Source: Tubiluchus corallicola (taxonomy: Eukaryota > Animalia > Priapulida). From it: a stretch of 64,000 bases of DNA. The notes beneath the pieces are model-generated. The model did no database searches, was not told the DNA's origin, and saw only the letters and a list, made by a program, of their open reading frames with translations. The DNA is taken from the NCBI GenBank assembly GCA_030141605.1, contig JAQGDQ010000981.1:1-64000 (forward strand). The letters are read 5' to 3'. This document shows, piece by piece, positions 1-34,915 of this stretch. Numbering within the stretch: the first letter of the stretch is position 1; each line of letters opens with the position of its first letter. Made by a program: the position numbers and the translations under genes.

Positions 1-1657
1 GCTATAAAGTTCTGAATATATAGCTACGAACTGCTAGGAATATTGACTAAATTCTATTGCGGCATCTTTTGGTCTCCTTAATATATCTCTGCGCTAATTG
101 AAATATGAGAATTTTTGAGACACATTCCTTTATAAGGCCTTTTTAAAGCAGTAAGTGGATGAACATAGTAGGAATTTCATTTATTTATAGCAAAATTTAA
201 CTTGCTACATGTTACGATACGTGCAGACACTTCTTTAGGATTATATCTCTAGGTCTAAGGTTATAAACACTTGAAAAATAATGACCACAAAAATGCGATA
301 AAATTAATGAATTCTTTATTTGCAAAAATATCATACAAATAAGCAACAAGTGTTCACTACTAGATCAAAATTTCTATGTACAAAGGTATAGGCCAAGTAA
401 AAAAGGCGTTTGCTATTAACATGATTGGCAAAATGTCGGTAATGTATTAGGGTAAATGAAATGTATATGAATTGGTAAATGAAACAAGGTGTATAGGCCC
501 CAGCAAACTGCTTTGAAGAAGTTACACTGAATATGAGATTAAGACGCACACGAGTGTTTAATTTTTGCTGGCGTCTTCGTTGCGCAACGTATCTCTTCAA
601 CAGTTTTTGCTGTTACATTTTTACTGTTTTGTGTAGAAAAGCCGAAACTCCAAACGGAAAATAACGTTTAATTTCTGGAAATTACTCTCTACCCTGTATT
701 TTTGTTGTTTAAGGTGTGCAACTAACTCTGTCTTTTGTGTCTGCAACTAACTCATAACGCTTTTATGTCTGAAAAATAAGTAAAATTAAAATTAATGTTG
801 GACTTTTCCACTCGGATATGTATTGAATGAGTGTAAGACAGCGATTTGAGAAGTACTATCTAGATAGATAGAAATAATATGGCAGTTCTTGAGAGAGAGC
901 TTCATAACGCCAGTTTGACACTACTTTTAGACTCGTTGCTGAGCCTCATCTATTGTCTACTTGGCGTTTTTAAGTCATTCGAAAGTTGGTTTATTGTCAA
1001 GGCCACATCGTTGACCAACTTTGCAAATGAAATGATTAAATGACTGATTCATACTATTATAATGCTTATGTAAACAAGCAAATCAAGTGATTAACGTTGT
1101 GTCGCTAATGGAGAAGGCATGGCCTTAACTAGATATAATCACTGAAGAAGCACGCTGATTACTGCCATGCACTTGCAATTGCTGATGGTATTCACGTCAG
1201 CAATAAAATATGCCTTTAAGTACGCATCACTTATGCTTAATTTTTAAAAAAAGAACGCTAGTACAAATAAAATTTCCTATAATGAATCAGTAGAATTTCA
1301 ACAAAAACATTTCAGTATTTTCTACAATATCAAGTTTTTTTCTTCCGCAAGCAAACCATACGTGTTGCTTGAGGGTACGATATGGCTTTCATAAAAGTAT
1401 CTACGGAATAATACACGTATCTTAAAAAGCCATTAATTATCGTAGTAAAAAATTTGAATAACTAAAAGATGTTTGTAAAATACGTTTAATAATGTGCGCA
1501 TGTGGATGATAGTGAACAGAGTCGAGATATTGTTACTATGCTTGATAATCGTCTGGTGCAACCATAGCTTCATCAAGCACTTCCGAAGAAGTTTTATAAG
1601 AAGTGTTTATGGTTAAATTTACACAATTTGTGTCGTGGTGGGATCTGAAGAAGCCAT

Positions 1658-2311
1658 TTAACGTGGTGGCACCGCAATCATCACTGGTTCACCGGCAGCA
1701 TTGTGCCCGGGCACGTATATCATTCCGCGTTGTTTTTCCCGGCCAAATATGGCCTTGCAGCAGATTGCGGCTGTGGCGATCATAATGAAAATCTCCAGAA
1801 CAGCTATAGTAACCAAGAAAATGTTCAGCAAGTACACTGCGTGTCTATAACCGCAGATATTTAGATTTTCGCCTGCATCAGTGTAACTCCTAGTACAGGT
1901 AAAATGTTCTCTGTATCCTTGGATACCCATACCTATCAACACCATGCCAAAAATGATGGCGACAAAGGATAGGACCATGAAGATCTTGATGGATCGTCGG
2001 TGCCTGTTTCTTGCAGCGTACATTCCAGAGGCACCTGCAGCTATGAAGAACACTCCACACCATATACCCGCTCCTGACACCCACAGAGGTTGCAGGGACA
2101 TGATGATCACTTCCATGATTACACATAGTGCACCAAAGGCGATGCTGATAACTGACAGATAGGTGCATGGCTTGTAGTAAAAGGTCAATGGACGCTTCTT
2201 GACGATCTTCTGCAGGGTACTGTTGGCGCCAGACTGTCCTCTTGAGAAGTCTGTGTGGAAGGATTCATTATGCGATGTGTTAAAGGTGCTGTCGCCGTCC
2301 GAAAGAGACAT
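1658..2311 (-). CDS. MS4A/CD20-like four-transmembrane protein, single coding exon (217 aa)
   Basis: Uninterrupted ATG-TAA ORF with A-rich start context (aaaataATG). Four hydrophobic helices (LSVISIAFGALCVIMEVIIMSL; GAGIWCGVFFIAAGASG; IFMVLSFVAIIFGMVLIGMGI; VYLLNIFLVTIAVLEIFIMIATAAICC). The GxxIWxGxxFIxxGxxG TM2 signature is typical of the CD20/MS4A family; Cys pair in the second extracellular loop; juxtamembrane CC after TM4. Confidence 0.8.
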   Translation of the reverse strand: MSLSDGDSTFNTSHNESFHTDFSRGQSGANSTLQKIVKKRPLTFYYKPCTYLSVISIAFGALCVIMEVIIMSLQPLWVSGAGIWCGVFFIAAGASGMYAARNRHRRSIKIFMVLSFVAIIFGMVLIGMGIQGYREHFTCTRSYTDAGENLNICGYRHAVYLLNIFLVTIAVLEIFIMIATAAICCKAIFGREKQRGMIYVPGHNAAGEPVMIAVPPR

Positions 2312-2479
2312 TATTTATTTTACAAAGTAGTCACGAACCACTTGAAAATTGGATATAACTTTTGTCTCGTGCAAAAGGGGCGACCTAAAAAAATATGTTT
2401 CGTAATAGTTACATATAGTTTATGTAGTTACTACACAGGCACTACGCAGTTTCAAATGTAGTTGATATTACAATTAACA

Positions 2480-2685
2480 GTTAATTTAGTTAAAGATTAA
2501 AACTGCAAGTGTGCTTGTTCTTATTAAAAGTAGTACACTACAAAGCAGTTGCGCAACTAAAAGTTTTGCAGTGTTGAAAATTTTTCAGACCATAACTTTT
2601 TGTTGCGCAGCTATTTTGCTTGCATGTAAGCAAAGACAGTGTAATTCTCAAATCTTGCAACTAAAAATCAGCCGATTAAATAATT
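2480..2685. mobile_element. Degenerate palindromic MITE-like element
   Basis: Inverted repeat agttgcgcaactaaaagtt / aactttttgttgcgcagct, with weaker outer arms (ttaatttagttaaagattaaaactgcaag vs cttgcaactaaaaatcagccgattaaataa). Confidence 0.4.
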
Positions 2686-3059
2686 CGTATGTGCAAGGGC
2701 CGAATGTAAAATTGTATTACATCACTGATATAGACAGAAGAGTCATCATTGTTATGATTTTAATTTGTTTATTGTAGACTTTATTGCTTATTACAATTCT
2801 TGTCATTATGAGTCGTCTCACGCTTATATACATTTTAATGGCAAGATTTGGGACGAGAAATAAGAAATCCTGCAAAAAAGAAATCATGGCATTTTAGTTC
2901 GCTGTTATGGATGGTAAAAATATCTTCAGGTAAAACAAAATTAGAAGTGCATAGAAGATGTCCAGAATTCAGTTAATTTTAAAATTTTGTAACAGTATTG
3001 GTGTTTTATTTTGAGATATTAAATCAGAAATGCTGCTCGAGGAGTGGGACGTCTGTTAA

Positions 3060-3076
3060 ATATATAAATATATAAA

Positions 3077-3117
<41 letters not shown>
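3060..3117. repeat. (AT)n microsatellite
   Basis: Direct reading of an imperfect AT dinucleotide run. Confidence 0.9.
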
Positions 3118-3120
<3 letters not shown>

Positions 3121-3577
3121 GTAAGCCATATTTGTTTGTTATATAGGCATAGAGCATATGTAAAAGCTGACTTAGTAACTACTTGTGCTGTGTTATAATT
3201 AAGTGTAACTTAAGAGATTGTGATTTTTTGAACAATGGACTCTAAAATCTGGTTCCCCCAAAATTAGGCATTTTAGATTACAGCCTAGTTATCCTATTGG
3301 TATCTTGTGCTTGAATCTGTGTAGTTAGTTTACCTGCACACAATTTGTAGTGAACCTTGCATGGTGAATTGACTGTCCCCTTGTCTGATATACTTTTGCA
3401 TTGACGAGTTTGTTAAAATTTACGTTATACAGTGTTTGGTATACATGCAATGGATAGCAGTAGAAATAATCTTGGATAGTAGTAGAAAAAACTGAGTCCT
3501 TCAGAACGCACTACCCTAAAAATTTTTCGAGGCCACTGACTGAAAAAACGTCAAATAACTATACATAGGCATTTACT

Positions 3578-4530
3578 TTAAACGTCAAATGCACAGATCT
3601 AAAACGTTTATTATGACATAACTCTTTGCAAAAGACTCTTATCTACGTGTATTAAATATAGTTTTATGCTCAAGCTCATGGTGAAGTTGCGATTTAAAGT
3701 AAATTAATTTGCATACTCACCAATCGTTCTTTTAATGTTCGCTACGAGTTCAGAAATAAGAGTATGACTATTCTTTGATTTTTTTTTAAATCGCAGCATA
3801 GACCGTTTTATAGCACCTATTGTGCAAAGGGCGTGTCGTTCGCGTAGTATTGTCACAGCAAAAATGTTTCTTTTTACTTACGGCAAGATATTTATTCTTC
3901 ATGCAGTCACGCTAATTTTGCAACGATTTATTTTATCATTGTCAACCATAGCAGATCCAGAAGCATTTTCTTCTTGTTTGCAATGGCGGCTTGTATAAAT
4001 CGTCGGTGCAGTTTAAACGCAACTGCGTGATGCGATAACAATCGTTATGAAGACGCAGACTGGGAAAACCAGTTACCTGTGCGATAGCAGCGCCGCCAGG
4101 TCGGCAGGTAAGTAACTAAGCACGACTTATGAATGTGAATGTGCATGTATTGATCACCATTTTTCGTGTTTTGTTAATTTTACTGTGTTGTAGCCCCATC
4201 TACTGTTGACATTTTCCTGAATTCAGCTGGAGAGCGTGCGGCAGATTAAATCTGTCAATGCTTGACGATTAGTGTTTTTGTTTTGAAATCATTATTTTTG
4301 AGCTAGTGGCTGAAAAATTTAGATAGTTTTATGTTTTGTCTTGTTTCATTTCATTTCATTTTACGTATCTCGTAACAATGTGCAAAATAAGTATAACATT
4401 TGAAACTATGAAAACTGTTATAGTCGTTTTGTAACCGTAATTCACCATGACACTATTTAATTCACAAAAAAATTTAAAGCTAAATATGATAAATAAAGAA
4501 ATACAAACAATAAGTCGGTGCATAGCGTAA
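3578..4530. mobile_element. Old non-autonomous DNA transposon with degenerate long inverted termini (possibly Kolobok-like, TTAA at the left end)
   Basis: Left arm atgcacagat...tcatggtgaagttgcg mirrors the right arm (reverse complement atgcaccgac...tcatggtgaattacgg). Boundaries approximate. Confidence 0.3.
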
Positions 4531-5496
4531 AATAATGACGACATTAAAATAAAGATAATGTAATGATAGTGGGATTACGGTTTGAAAACAAGAGGATTTC
4601 TCTCTTTCCGTACTCTTCTCGACGGAAGTTGTAAAGCTAATATTACCATTATTTTTTCAACAAATGTTTGTTTGGCGCAAAACAATCTGTGTAGGTGGTG
4701 GAAAATTCCACACTAATAATTCCATTTGAGATAAAATGCTTCATTAAGCTAGAAATCATTTTATATAAAATTTCATGTGGTACATATAATACACAATTTT
4801 TTATAAATTAGGCTAACTGAGAAACGGAATCTAGTATTCAACGTCATGGCTACATAAAAGCCGATCCTCTAAGAGAATGTCTCATGCTCGGTTAACATTA
4901 GTAACTTGTTTATTTTAAGTTATTAATTATAAGATAGACATAGTAGTTTCCTCTGTTCGATATCATCTGTGATTACACATCACAACGACATTTTAACTCA
5001 CGAGTGTAAAGTCGTTACTTAGATTCCCCGATGGTAAATCGAGGCAAACCACTTACCTTTGCAGAATACTAGTCCGTGGGTACTACACCAAATTAACAGT
5101 TTGTTACATTTATATGAGTAATAAGATTATAGGACACTTATAAGTATACTTTTTGAGTATAAATTCAAAATATTACAATATTACACAAATGTTATATAGA
5201 ATTTCGTTAGTAGAACATGTAGAATAGTTAACTTTTTCGTTTAAGGCTTCAAACATCATTTCAGCATTTCAGATCGAGCCTCTACTTTAATGGAGAGTTC
5301 ACAGTGTCTGCACTGTCTGATAGCTGAAGGCCTGGCGGTATCTCCGGATTAGTCATTGATTGCAAAGCCTCAGTGTAACTTGTAGACAGTCGATACTACC
5401 TGTGCGTTTAAAGTAGTGGTATTGTGACCTGTTAGGCTTAATTTCTAATTAACGTCTTCATCAATTGCTTACTATGAATTGTACATTTATAAGGAA

Positions 5497-5569
<73 letters not shown>

Positions 5570-5594
5570 AAGAGAGAGAGAGAAGAGAAGAGAG
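5497..5594. repeat. (AG)n microsatellite
   Basis: Direct reading; explains the spurious ER/SL-repeat ORFs. Confidence 0.95.
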
Positions 5595-8030
5595 ATGGCA
5601 GCTTTTGTACAGGTAACAAAATTAAATACATATTATTAGATAACCTAGGACACATGATTACTTGCATTGGTCTGATCTGGTTTTGCCAAATTTTTGTGCT
5701 GAGCACGCACACGGGAGTGGGATCCGCTTGTGGTGGACAGCAACTTAAAAAGGTTTAACGAAAATCTCTGTGCGGCAAAGTTGCAAAACACCATTGCACA
5801 GGAGAAGTTGTTGCAAACAGATTTTACTTCGTGTACGCCAGATACAAGATCAAGTATACAATAATGGTGCGCAACTGTGCCAAGTAGTGCATGCCATTTC
5901 CAATTTACCAAGACAAGTTAATTTGTACGAAGTACTTAAATGAGTCGTTTATTTTCAAGTGTAACAGCATAAATAAAATCAATAGTATATATCAATAAAC
6001 GCGTTATATACACATATATTTATTAAGGTCAACGTGTAATTAATCATAGGATAACTTAAGTTTTAACAATGCATATAGGCTTTTACATATTTTACATAGA
6101 GATAGGTAACTATAATGTTTGGGGTGACTTTTGATACCTTTATCCAACGAATTCAAATGGTTTTTCTACCGTTTTCTTAAAAGATTTTTCGTGTATTTAG
6201 GCCATAAAAGTTGCATGCTAATTTTCACAGTTTAGTAAAATTATAATACACCCGAAAGAGTATTAATGATGTAACAATACTTTTTATCTAGACAAAAGGT
6301 AAATTTGTTCATTTTGCCTATTTCTAGGTCTCGTGTCACTTCTGTCATGTTTCAGCCCATGTAAAAATGATTGGTTATGGTATCCATCAATGCTGATCAA
6401 AGATTATGCATGCCTACATTATAGGACTGTTTATCGAAACACGAAAGGCTTACAGTTCTAAACCTTTTTTTGCAATATTGTTAGCAGTCTAGCAGATATC
6501 ATCATTACAATTTAGCTAAATACAGCCATAATATATAACAATATTACATCAATTGCTTATCGGCATCAAACATACAATAAGACATATCTATACAAGTACA
6601 ATTACATCACCTTAATTAGGATTAAAACTGTATTAAAATTAAAACTTGTAATAAAGAATAACTTCTGCATGATAACTGCATTAATGTGCAAATGTGGCTG
6701 TTGATTAAACGTATGTTGCTTATCATGTGCATGTACAATAAAACATTTTGTGAGCACAATTTATAGTTATACATTCGTTCTAATTCCAGCAACATCTGCA
6801 GTTGACATAATATTATGCAGGAAATATATGTTATCATGCTAATCAAGGACAAATTTGTATGTTTTCACACTTTTATTTACATGGGAAAAACAGAAACAAA
6901 GTAGTATAGTGAGCACTTAATTACTAATTACATATAATTATGAATAATTAGTTAGTCTTGATAAAGTCAATTATAAAACCTCTATTAGTCCTACCACTTT
7001 TTATCTTATGTACACTGTGTTAAATTATTATGCACATACTGGTATAATTACAAGAGGTGCTTCAAAGACAGAAACACATCACTAATGGCGCTACTTAACA
7101 TCATAACTATACCACTCAGCATTTTTTGCATCTTCCTAGCTATACTTACTGTACGCTGATGTTTCACTTGCTTAATATGCTTTTATGTGTTAATAGCACC
7201 CTTAAGAATCCAAAGGCAATGCTTACGAACATTTTTATAATGTAATTATACGAAATATATTAATAGCATTCGCTATTGAAAATACTGAAGGTAATACAAA
7301 TTATATATATTACGAAAATCAACTTACTACTACGCAAGTTCATTATTCTAAAATTTTTACTTTAAAATTAATAATTCTTGGTTCATAATGTGAACAAATT
7401 CTAAGCAAGATAGATAACATCAAATCATAATTTTTCACTAACAAGAAAATTTACATATGTCTTTTTGAGTAAATTCTCTTCAAATTAATCAAATGTTTCT
7501 GTTAATAACTTATAAACAACTGTTAACAGATAAAATGATATTAATAATCGGTTATTCTGTAAAATCTATTGCTCAGTTGTCAAATTCGGAGAGTTTAGCA
7601 CATACAGAAAAGCCTGTAAATGATTCCCAATTAAAAAAATATTTGGCTTCATAAATGCTTTGCTTAGCAGGTTTTGTCAAATATGTACAAATAACTTTGT
7701 ATACAGTTAATAATTTTGCGCTTTTTTGTTATACCATTGCAGCTTTTTAATGTTAATCTTGCAAACTTCTTCCAAAATTGTTTGGCTCTAATTTCTGACT
7801 CTGTTAAAAATTTAAGCCATGTAGGATGGCTCATTTATACTAAACAATTTCAAATAAAATGGTATAAGTAAAAGTATATTTTTACACTAGTAACTATTCA
7901 GAGACAAACAAAGTATAAAAAAACTGCAGACTCATATGATTTACAAGTTTGTAAATCATTAACCATAAGTCTAAAACACACACTTATTTTTAAATTGCAC
8001 TGCAGAAATCTAAGACGTCGGAAGGACAAA

Positions 8031-29211
<21,181 letters not shown>

Positions 29212-30279
29212 TGGAGCGTGACAAGTGTGGGGCAGTGCGAAAAACAATTAAAATGAAGCCGCGTGCACGGATGACTTCCTCACAAATGGATGAGATGACC
29301 GTGATGATGTCTTTCATTTTTGAGAAAACTCATTAAGCGTTTTCAAAATTTCGTCAGTCTTTTGCAGATTGTCTTTTTCAAGTTCAGTTTAATACCCTTT
29401 TATGCCTCGCTTGGCTCAAATGATTTTAGTTTCAAGACTCATTTTCGCAGACTAAATTTTTAAGATCGAAACTGAAATTCTGTTGAACATAAATCGGCTT
29501 ATTTGACCAGCAAATACGAAACAGTCCATATCTGGCCTAAAAGCGGAGTTTTAGTTTCCAGCGCATGCTGAATGAGGTATAATTAGTATTATGTTGGCCG
29601 TTCACTTTGTCAAATATTGCTTGTCCCGCTCCTGTTCAAGCATTAAATGAAGTAAGAGAAATTAAATTGCTAATCTTCGGTTAATTGGGCCACATTTTTA
29701 CACTTGGTGAATTTATTGCACATCACGTTTTAAAACAATACGTGTATTTATCACACAGGATTTTTATAATACTAAATTTTCACCAAAGCAAAATTTGCCT
29801 GAAACAAGACACCAAGCAGCAGCTACCTTAGACTGCAATGTGATCCTGTTATTCTAGACAATTTAGTTCGAGTTTTATATCCGTATATAAATGTTAGCAA
29901 AATCTGTCAGTTTGTCTAGATTCTAGAAAAACTGGAGTAATCATTAGGCTTAATCTGTCTGGAGTTTTTGAATTATCATCACGTTTTATTCGGAACCACC
30001 TGCGAACGCAATAAGAGTTTGACAATAAGCGTGATAAACTGCAGATTATTTTCCCGCAGAACATTAACGCAAATTTTTCGCTCGTCATGGCATTTTATTT
30101 TACTGCGAAGTTTATTTTCGACTATAGAAGAAACAGTTATAGATTAAAATATAAAACACGACGCTGAAAGGCTTTGAGAACTGTCGGAATGAGGCTGGTG
30201 TGTTTTATGTGCTTAACTCGCTATTTATATAGAAGTTGACAATACCCATGCCTTACGGTAGTTCTTATAATTGATATCC

Positions 30280-31221
30280 ACCCATTTCGCCAGTAAAATT
30301 TCTCTCCTATGTTATCTCTTTTTACTTCTAACAAAATGTTTCAGTTCGCCAGCAGTACGATTCGCCAATAAAACTGCTCAACTATGTTAATACCGTATCC
30401 ATAATTTTTGTCAATATTACGGTTCGCCAGTGGTTTATTCGGATAAAGAATTTTGTTTACTTGTAGTATCTCATATTATATCCGTTTGTTTATCATTTAA
30501 TGTCGAAATATCATGTAAAGAGCAGAAAAAGATTGATTTGTGTATTCAAAAACTCCAACTACAAATTAGGTCAGAATTTTTACTTCGCATTTAATATATT
30601 ATTACTTGCAAAACGAGTTTTTTGGTCTCGTATTTAGCTGAAGCTAACAAGCTATTTAGTTCAAGTATTCAACGTCAGCAAAAGCCCGTGCAGCTTCATA
30701 TAGACAAAATTTAATAGCCGCGTTGCAAGCTTCACTGCTAGAAAATTGTGACGTAAAGCTACTTTTACAGTGAAACACAAGATGAGCCTGGAACATCAAG
30801 GTTTATTGCTTTCTTACATTGCTTTCTTGCTTAGGTCAACATTACATGTAACGTAATGGTCCAAATGCATTCTTATCAGGGCTTTAAAATCAAACGATAA
30901 ATAAGACGAAGTACACATAGGGCAATTTTTGCATAAACAATCTGCCGCCTAATAATAACATAGCCGAAAAATTCGACTTGCCAACCGTACCATTGGCGAA
31001 CAAAAACAATTTATTTATGGTCAAGGTATTAACATAGTAGAGAACTTTTATTGGCTAACTCTACTAGTGGCGAGTCGCACCACTGGCGAACCACATTACT
31101 TGCGAACAAGAACAATTTGTGATGGTTAAGGTATTAACATAGTACAAAATTTTTTTTGGCGAAATTGTATACTGGCGAACCGCATCACTGGCGAGCCGTA
31201 TTAGTGACGAACTGTACCACT
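30280..31221. mobile_element. Non-autonomous DNA element with inverted arrays of short subterminal repeats (ttcgccag / ctggcgaac)
   Basis: Several ttcgcca motifs and actatgttaatacc at the left end mirror tggcgaac motifs and two tandem units of about 105 bp (ggtattaacatagt) at the right end. Confidence 0.6.
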
Positions 31222-34200
31222 TGAGCTGTCGATGTGACATACAATCCTTATAATTACATCGATGGCAGTACTAAATGGCACGTAAAATTAGAGATTTGGG
31301 AGTGGATTGTTGCGATGTTTTTTTTACAAGGTTTGCAACTCAGCAGTAATGTTTCGATAGTACGATCATGCAACTACTATAAGATTGATCAGGCATTTGT
31401 AGAGAATTATATGCTCAAATGCTTCTCGCAGTAAAGCCGCGTTGCATAAACAGTACCTGTGGCCACATAACTTTGCATTCAAGGAAAGTTTCACTCACAC
31501 GTAATTATGTGAAGAAAATGAAAATGTTCAAAATCTAAACCAATCCAAGCCTAGAGCACCGCGAAGCCAAAATTGCAGAGAAGGGTGTTTGATTGACAAA
31601 AAAGAAATCTTTTGTCGCGCTAATTACTGTATACACTAACAATAAAATGAAGTCAGCGGAGCGGAAAAAGGTACCACGAATCACAATTTTTCTCCTGATA
31701 TGCGATTTACTGAATTCCGTTTTAATTCTGTCCATTTTTTGCTGTATTGTCCCTAATATTGGCGTTCTACAACTCAGTTTCCCAATCAGGGTTGTATCGT
31801 CTTTCTGATGATAAAAACCGTCTTTCTTATTTTTGCTAAGTTTTTAGTTCTTGAAATATAAGAAAACAGTCCATTGAATTCTTGTATAGTTCAGGAGAAA
31901 CCAGAATGGTTTTCAGTAAAAACGCGTAGAATCCACACGAGGCCACATTTGACTGGGAAAATGCAAGGATGAATTTCCTGCGGATTCTCGTGAAATGTTA
32001 TCTGATCATGGCATTCATGTTGACTTTTCAAATGATGACATTGACGAAGACGTCAGTCATGGGGCGAGGGGGGGGTATCAAAAGCCAAATATTCAAAAGA
32101 GTGAATATAAATCTAAATATATTTAATTAACGCTGTTGCAAAGATTTGATTCTTATGTACGATTCGCAAGTGGTAACACACGTCTATAATGTATGTATTC
32201 AACTTATTTGACCTTATATAATATTTAAGCTTTGCTAATGTCAAACTGAGATACATGGCAAATGTTAGCTTCTAAAACGAGCTTTTTCACGCACATAACT
32301 TGTTTACATAACTCTTAAGGCTCATTTGTTCAAACTTGTCTAGTTTTGTGATATCATTCTACCCAAGAATCATAAAAGCAGTGGTAAAACGCAGTGCACA
32401 CACCAGTTTCGAAAGGAAGCAACAATCATTTCTCCATTCTTATTTTCTTCTATAACTTACACTCGAAGACTTAGAAAAATATATTTCCCTATGCCAACAA
32501 TAAGAAATCGATCCAGAATAGGGTTTATGTGTGCCACTGATTTTTCTTAATTACAGCACGGAATAACCTTTACATATTACAAAAGTTTACGAAAAGAAAG
32601 TTCTTCAAAAGTCGGGAAAAAGTGTTGTGTACAGCAAGCAAATGGCTACGTTATATTATATGATATGGGTCCTATTTTATTCGGATAATTATAACACAAG
32701 TTGTATAAAATCAATCTCAGAAAATCAATATTACACTGTCTGTGTATTAACATGTGTCAAAACTAAGTTCTATAAATGAAAACGACAGCTTTTATAGTTC
32801 GTTAGGTAAATTAAGGAGTTAATCCAAAAGAACTATTGTCTGAAAACATTATGCAAATCAGATAGTCTTGCCATTTAAATTTTGTCGGACTAGTCAGGTA
32901 ATTAAGCCCAATTTCAATTACAATTTAAGTCTGGTTTTGCATTAAAAGGACATTATTATAAACGTGTGGCATATGACCGCCAAAATTTCAAAGGACATTT
33001 CTTTAGGGCATAATTTCGTAACCATTAAAACAAGGTTTGGCTGAAATATTTTAATTAGTTGCTTTAGTTAAATTTTGGTAGTATATAAAGAAACTTGATG
33101 TTCAGCGTAAAAGACATCTAGCAAAAAAGGAACAGGAAGAAACGTAACTACCATCGTGATGGAAAATCAAAATTAAGACGTGCATAAAAGCTATTTTCTG
33201 AAATGATTTCCTATAATAAACATTAATTTGCCTAAGCAACGTAAGCTATGGAAGTGTATACGACACAGTCAAAAACACACAGCACATTACTGCAGTGACA
33301 CTGGAAGACAAAGTAGTTAGTTACTGAACTTCTCTAAAGGCGATTCGATCCATGTGTGGCATTTAATGTTAATGTTAATGCAAATGAATACAGACGAGTT
33401 TGGTGTAAAGCTTCACACATGGCTAAGACAAGACTGATGCACGGATTTCAGTAATTTACTATCAGAGGGTAACAGAGCATACATGACTTTATGTAGATTA
33501 GTGTGTCTCCTGCAACCCGAAAGGTTGTGCAATCTGGCTTCACTGAATTTCTCATCTTAGAGATGCTTCTATAGAATGACATCCAACAAATGAGTTAATT
33601 TATTAGCTAAGGTGCCTTTTTACTTCTTGCCGCATCTAGCACCAGTGGTTTTCCGTCGAGCACCCTTGATTACATATATTCTAACAGATTAACAGATGCG
33701 CTCATGTTATTTTAGCGTCCGTATAATAAATAGTTTGTGATGATAATGTGGTTTATAATGCCAGCAATTATAAATTAAACATGTGGTGTGCATGGTAATC
33801 ATTATTCAATGAATACACATAAATAGTTGTTTATTTTGATAATGGCAAACGTTGATATATTTGGGTCATCACACTAATAATAATGATGATGAAGCAACAT
33901 TTGAGAGAACTATATCAGCACGATTCATTGACTCTAAGCTCTCTGAAACAAAGAAAGAGTAACTTTTTTATTCTTAAATTTCTTGAGAAGAAGATGAAAG
34001 AGATGCTTGAATCAAAATATGGCTAAAAATAACTGTACTAACTCTGGATTTGAACCAGGGCTAATTGTGTTACAAACTATATGTCTTAGTTCACTCAATC
34101 TCTTGCGAGAAAGACAAGTTCTGGATCAATCCAATACTCTCATTAAACTTGTTCTCATTAAATGCGAGCAAACATACAGTCGAGAGAGAAAAACGTAAAA

Positions 34201-34817
34201 ACATGCCTAATAAATTTGAACCCTAGACCTCTGAATTACAAGCTCCACGTTTTTACACTATTCGATTGCTTAATCCCTTCTGACTGAACCCTAATAGTTT
34301 CTTCTCATTTCCTCGTTTTGACTGTAATTGGATTCAAAAATTTTATATAAATAATGAATGTAGGTTTATTCTACCTTTAAAATAATGAGGGGTCTGTAAA
34401 TGAAAAGTCAAAATCCAGTAATTACAAAATGCATTATCTCTATCATCTCAAGTTTCACCCTAAATTTCGAGCTTCTATTGCAAATCATAAGCGAGTAAAA
34501 GTCACCTAACAAGGTCACTAAAGGAACCCGCATGGTTGCATTAATTTTCATCTGTCTTATAAATTCTTCATTATTATTAAATGAATACAGGGCCGCAAAT
34601 AATGCATTGAGATTGCATACGTGCGACGCATGGTAAGAAACGGACACATTCGTCTTTTGCATGCGGTGAAAACCAATTTACGCCTCACCGGGCATTCGGA
34701 GTGAGAAACAAAATTGCGTTTATATTATGAAATCCTCAAGGGAAGGAAGTGAATGAGATACTGAAGTCTGTAAGCAACAAATTGCTTGCTTCTGGCTGCA
34801 AGAAAGATTAAACTTAC

Positions 34818-34858
34818 CGTCGTGACGCTGTACCTTTAGCAACAATTAGTGTGCTCAT
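34818..34858 (-). CDS. PDE1: Candidate alternative PDE1 first coding exon (MSTLIVAKGTASRR), would splice to 24149
   Basis: Good start context (caaacATG), consensus donor CG|GTAAGT; phase 2 matches the acceptor at 24149 (giving ...SRRLRYILRQ, 531-aa isoform). No homology evidence. Confidence 0.4.
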
Positions 34859-34872
34859 GTTTGTGATTGTAT

Positions 34873-34915
<43 letters not shown>

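Noticed and set aside
5461-5758. ER- and SL-repeat ORFs here and at 18469-18705, 36566-37017 and 54541-54847
   Set aside because: Translations of (AG)n microsatellites, not genes.
30980-31221. Regularly spaced tggcgaac repeats as a CRISPR-like array
   Set aside because: Eukaryotic context, degenerate repeats, duplicated spacers and a mirror array upstream indicate transposon subterminal repeats.
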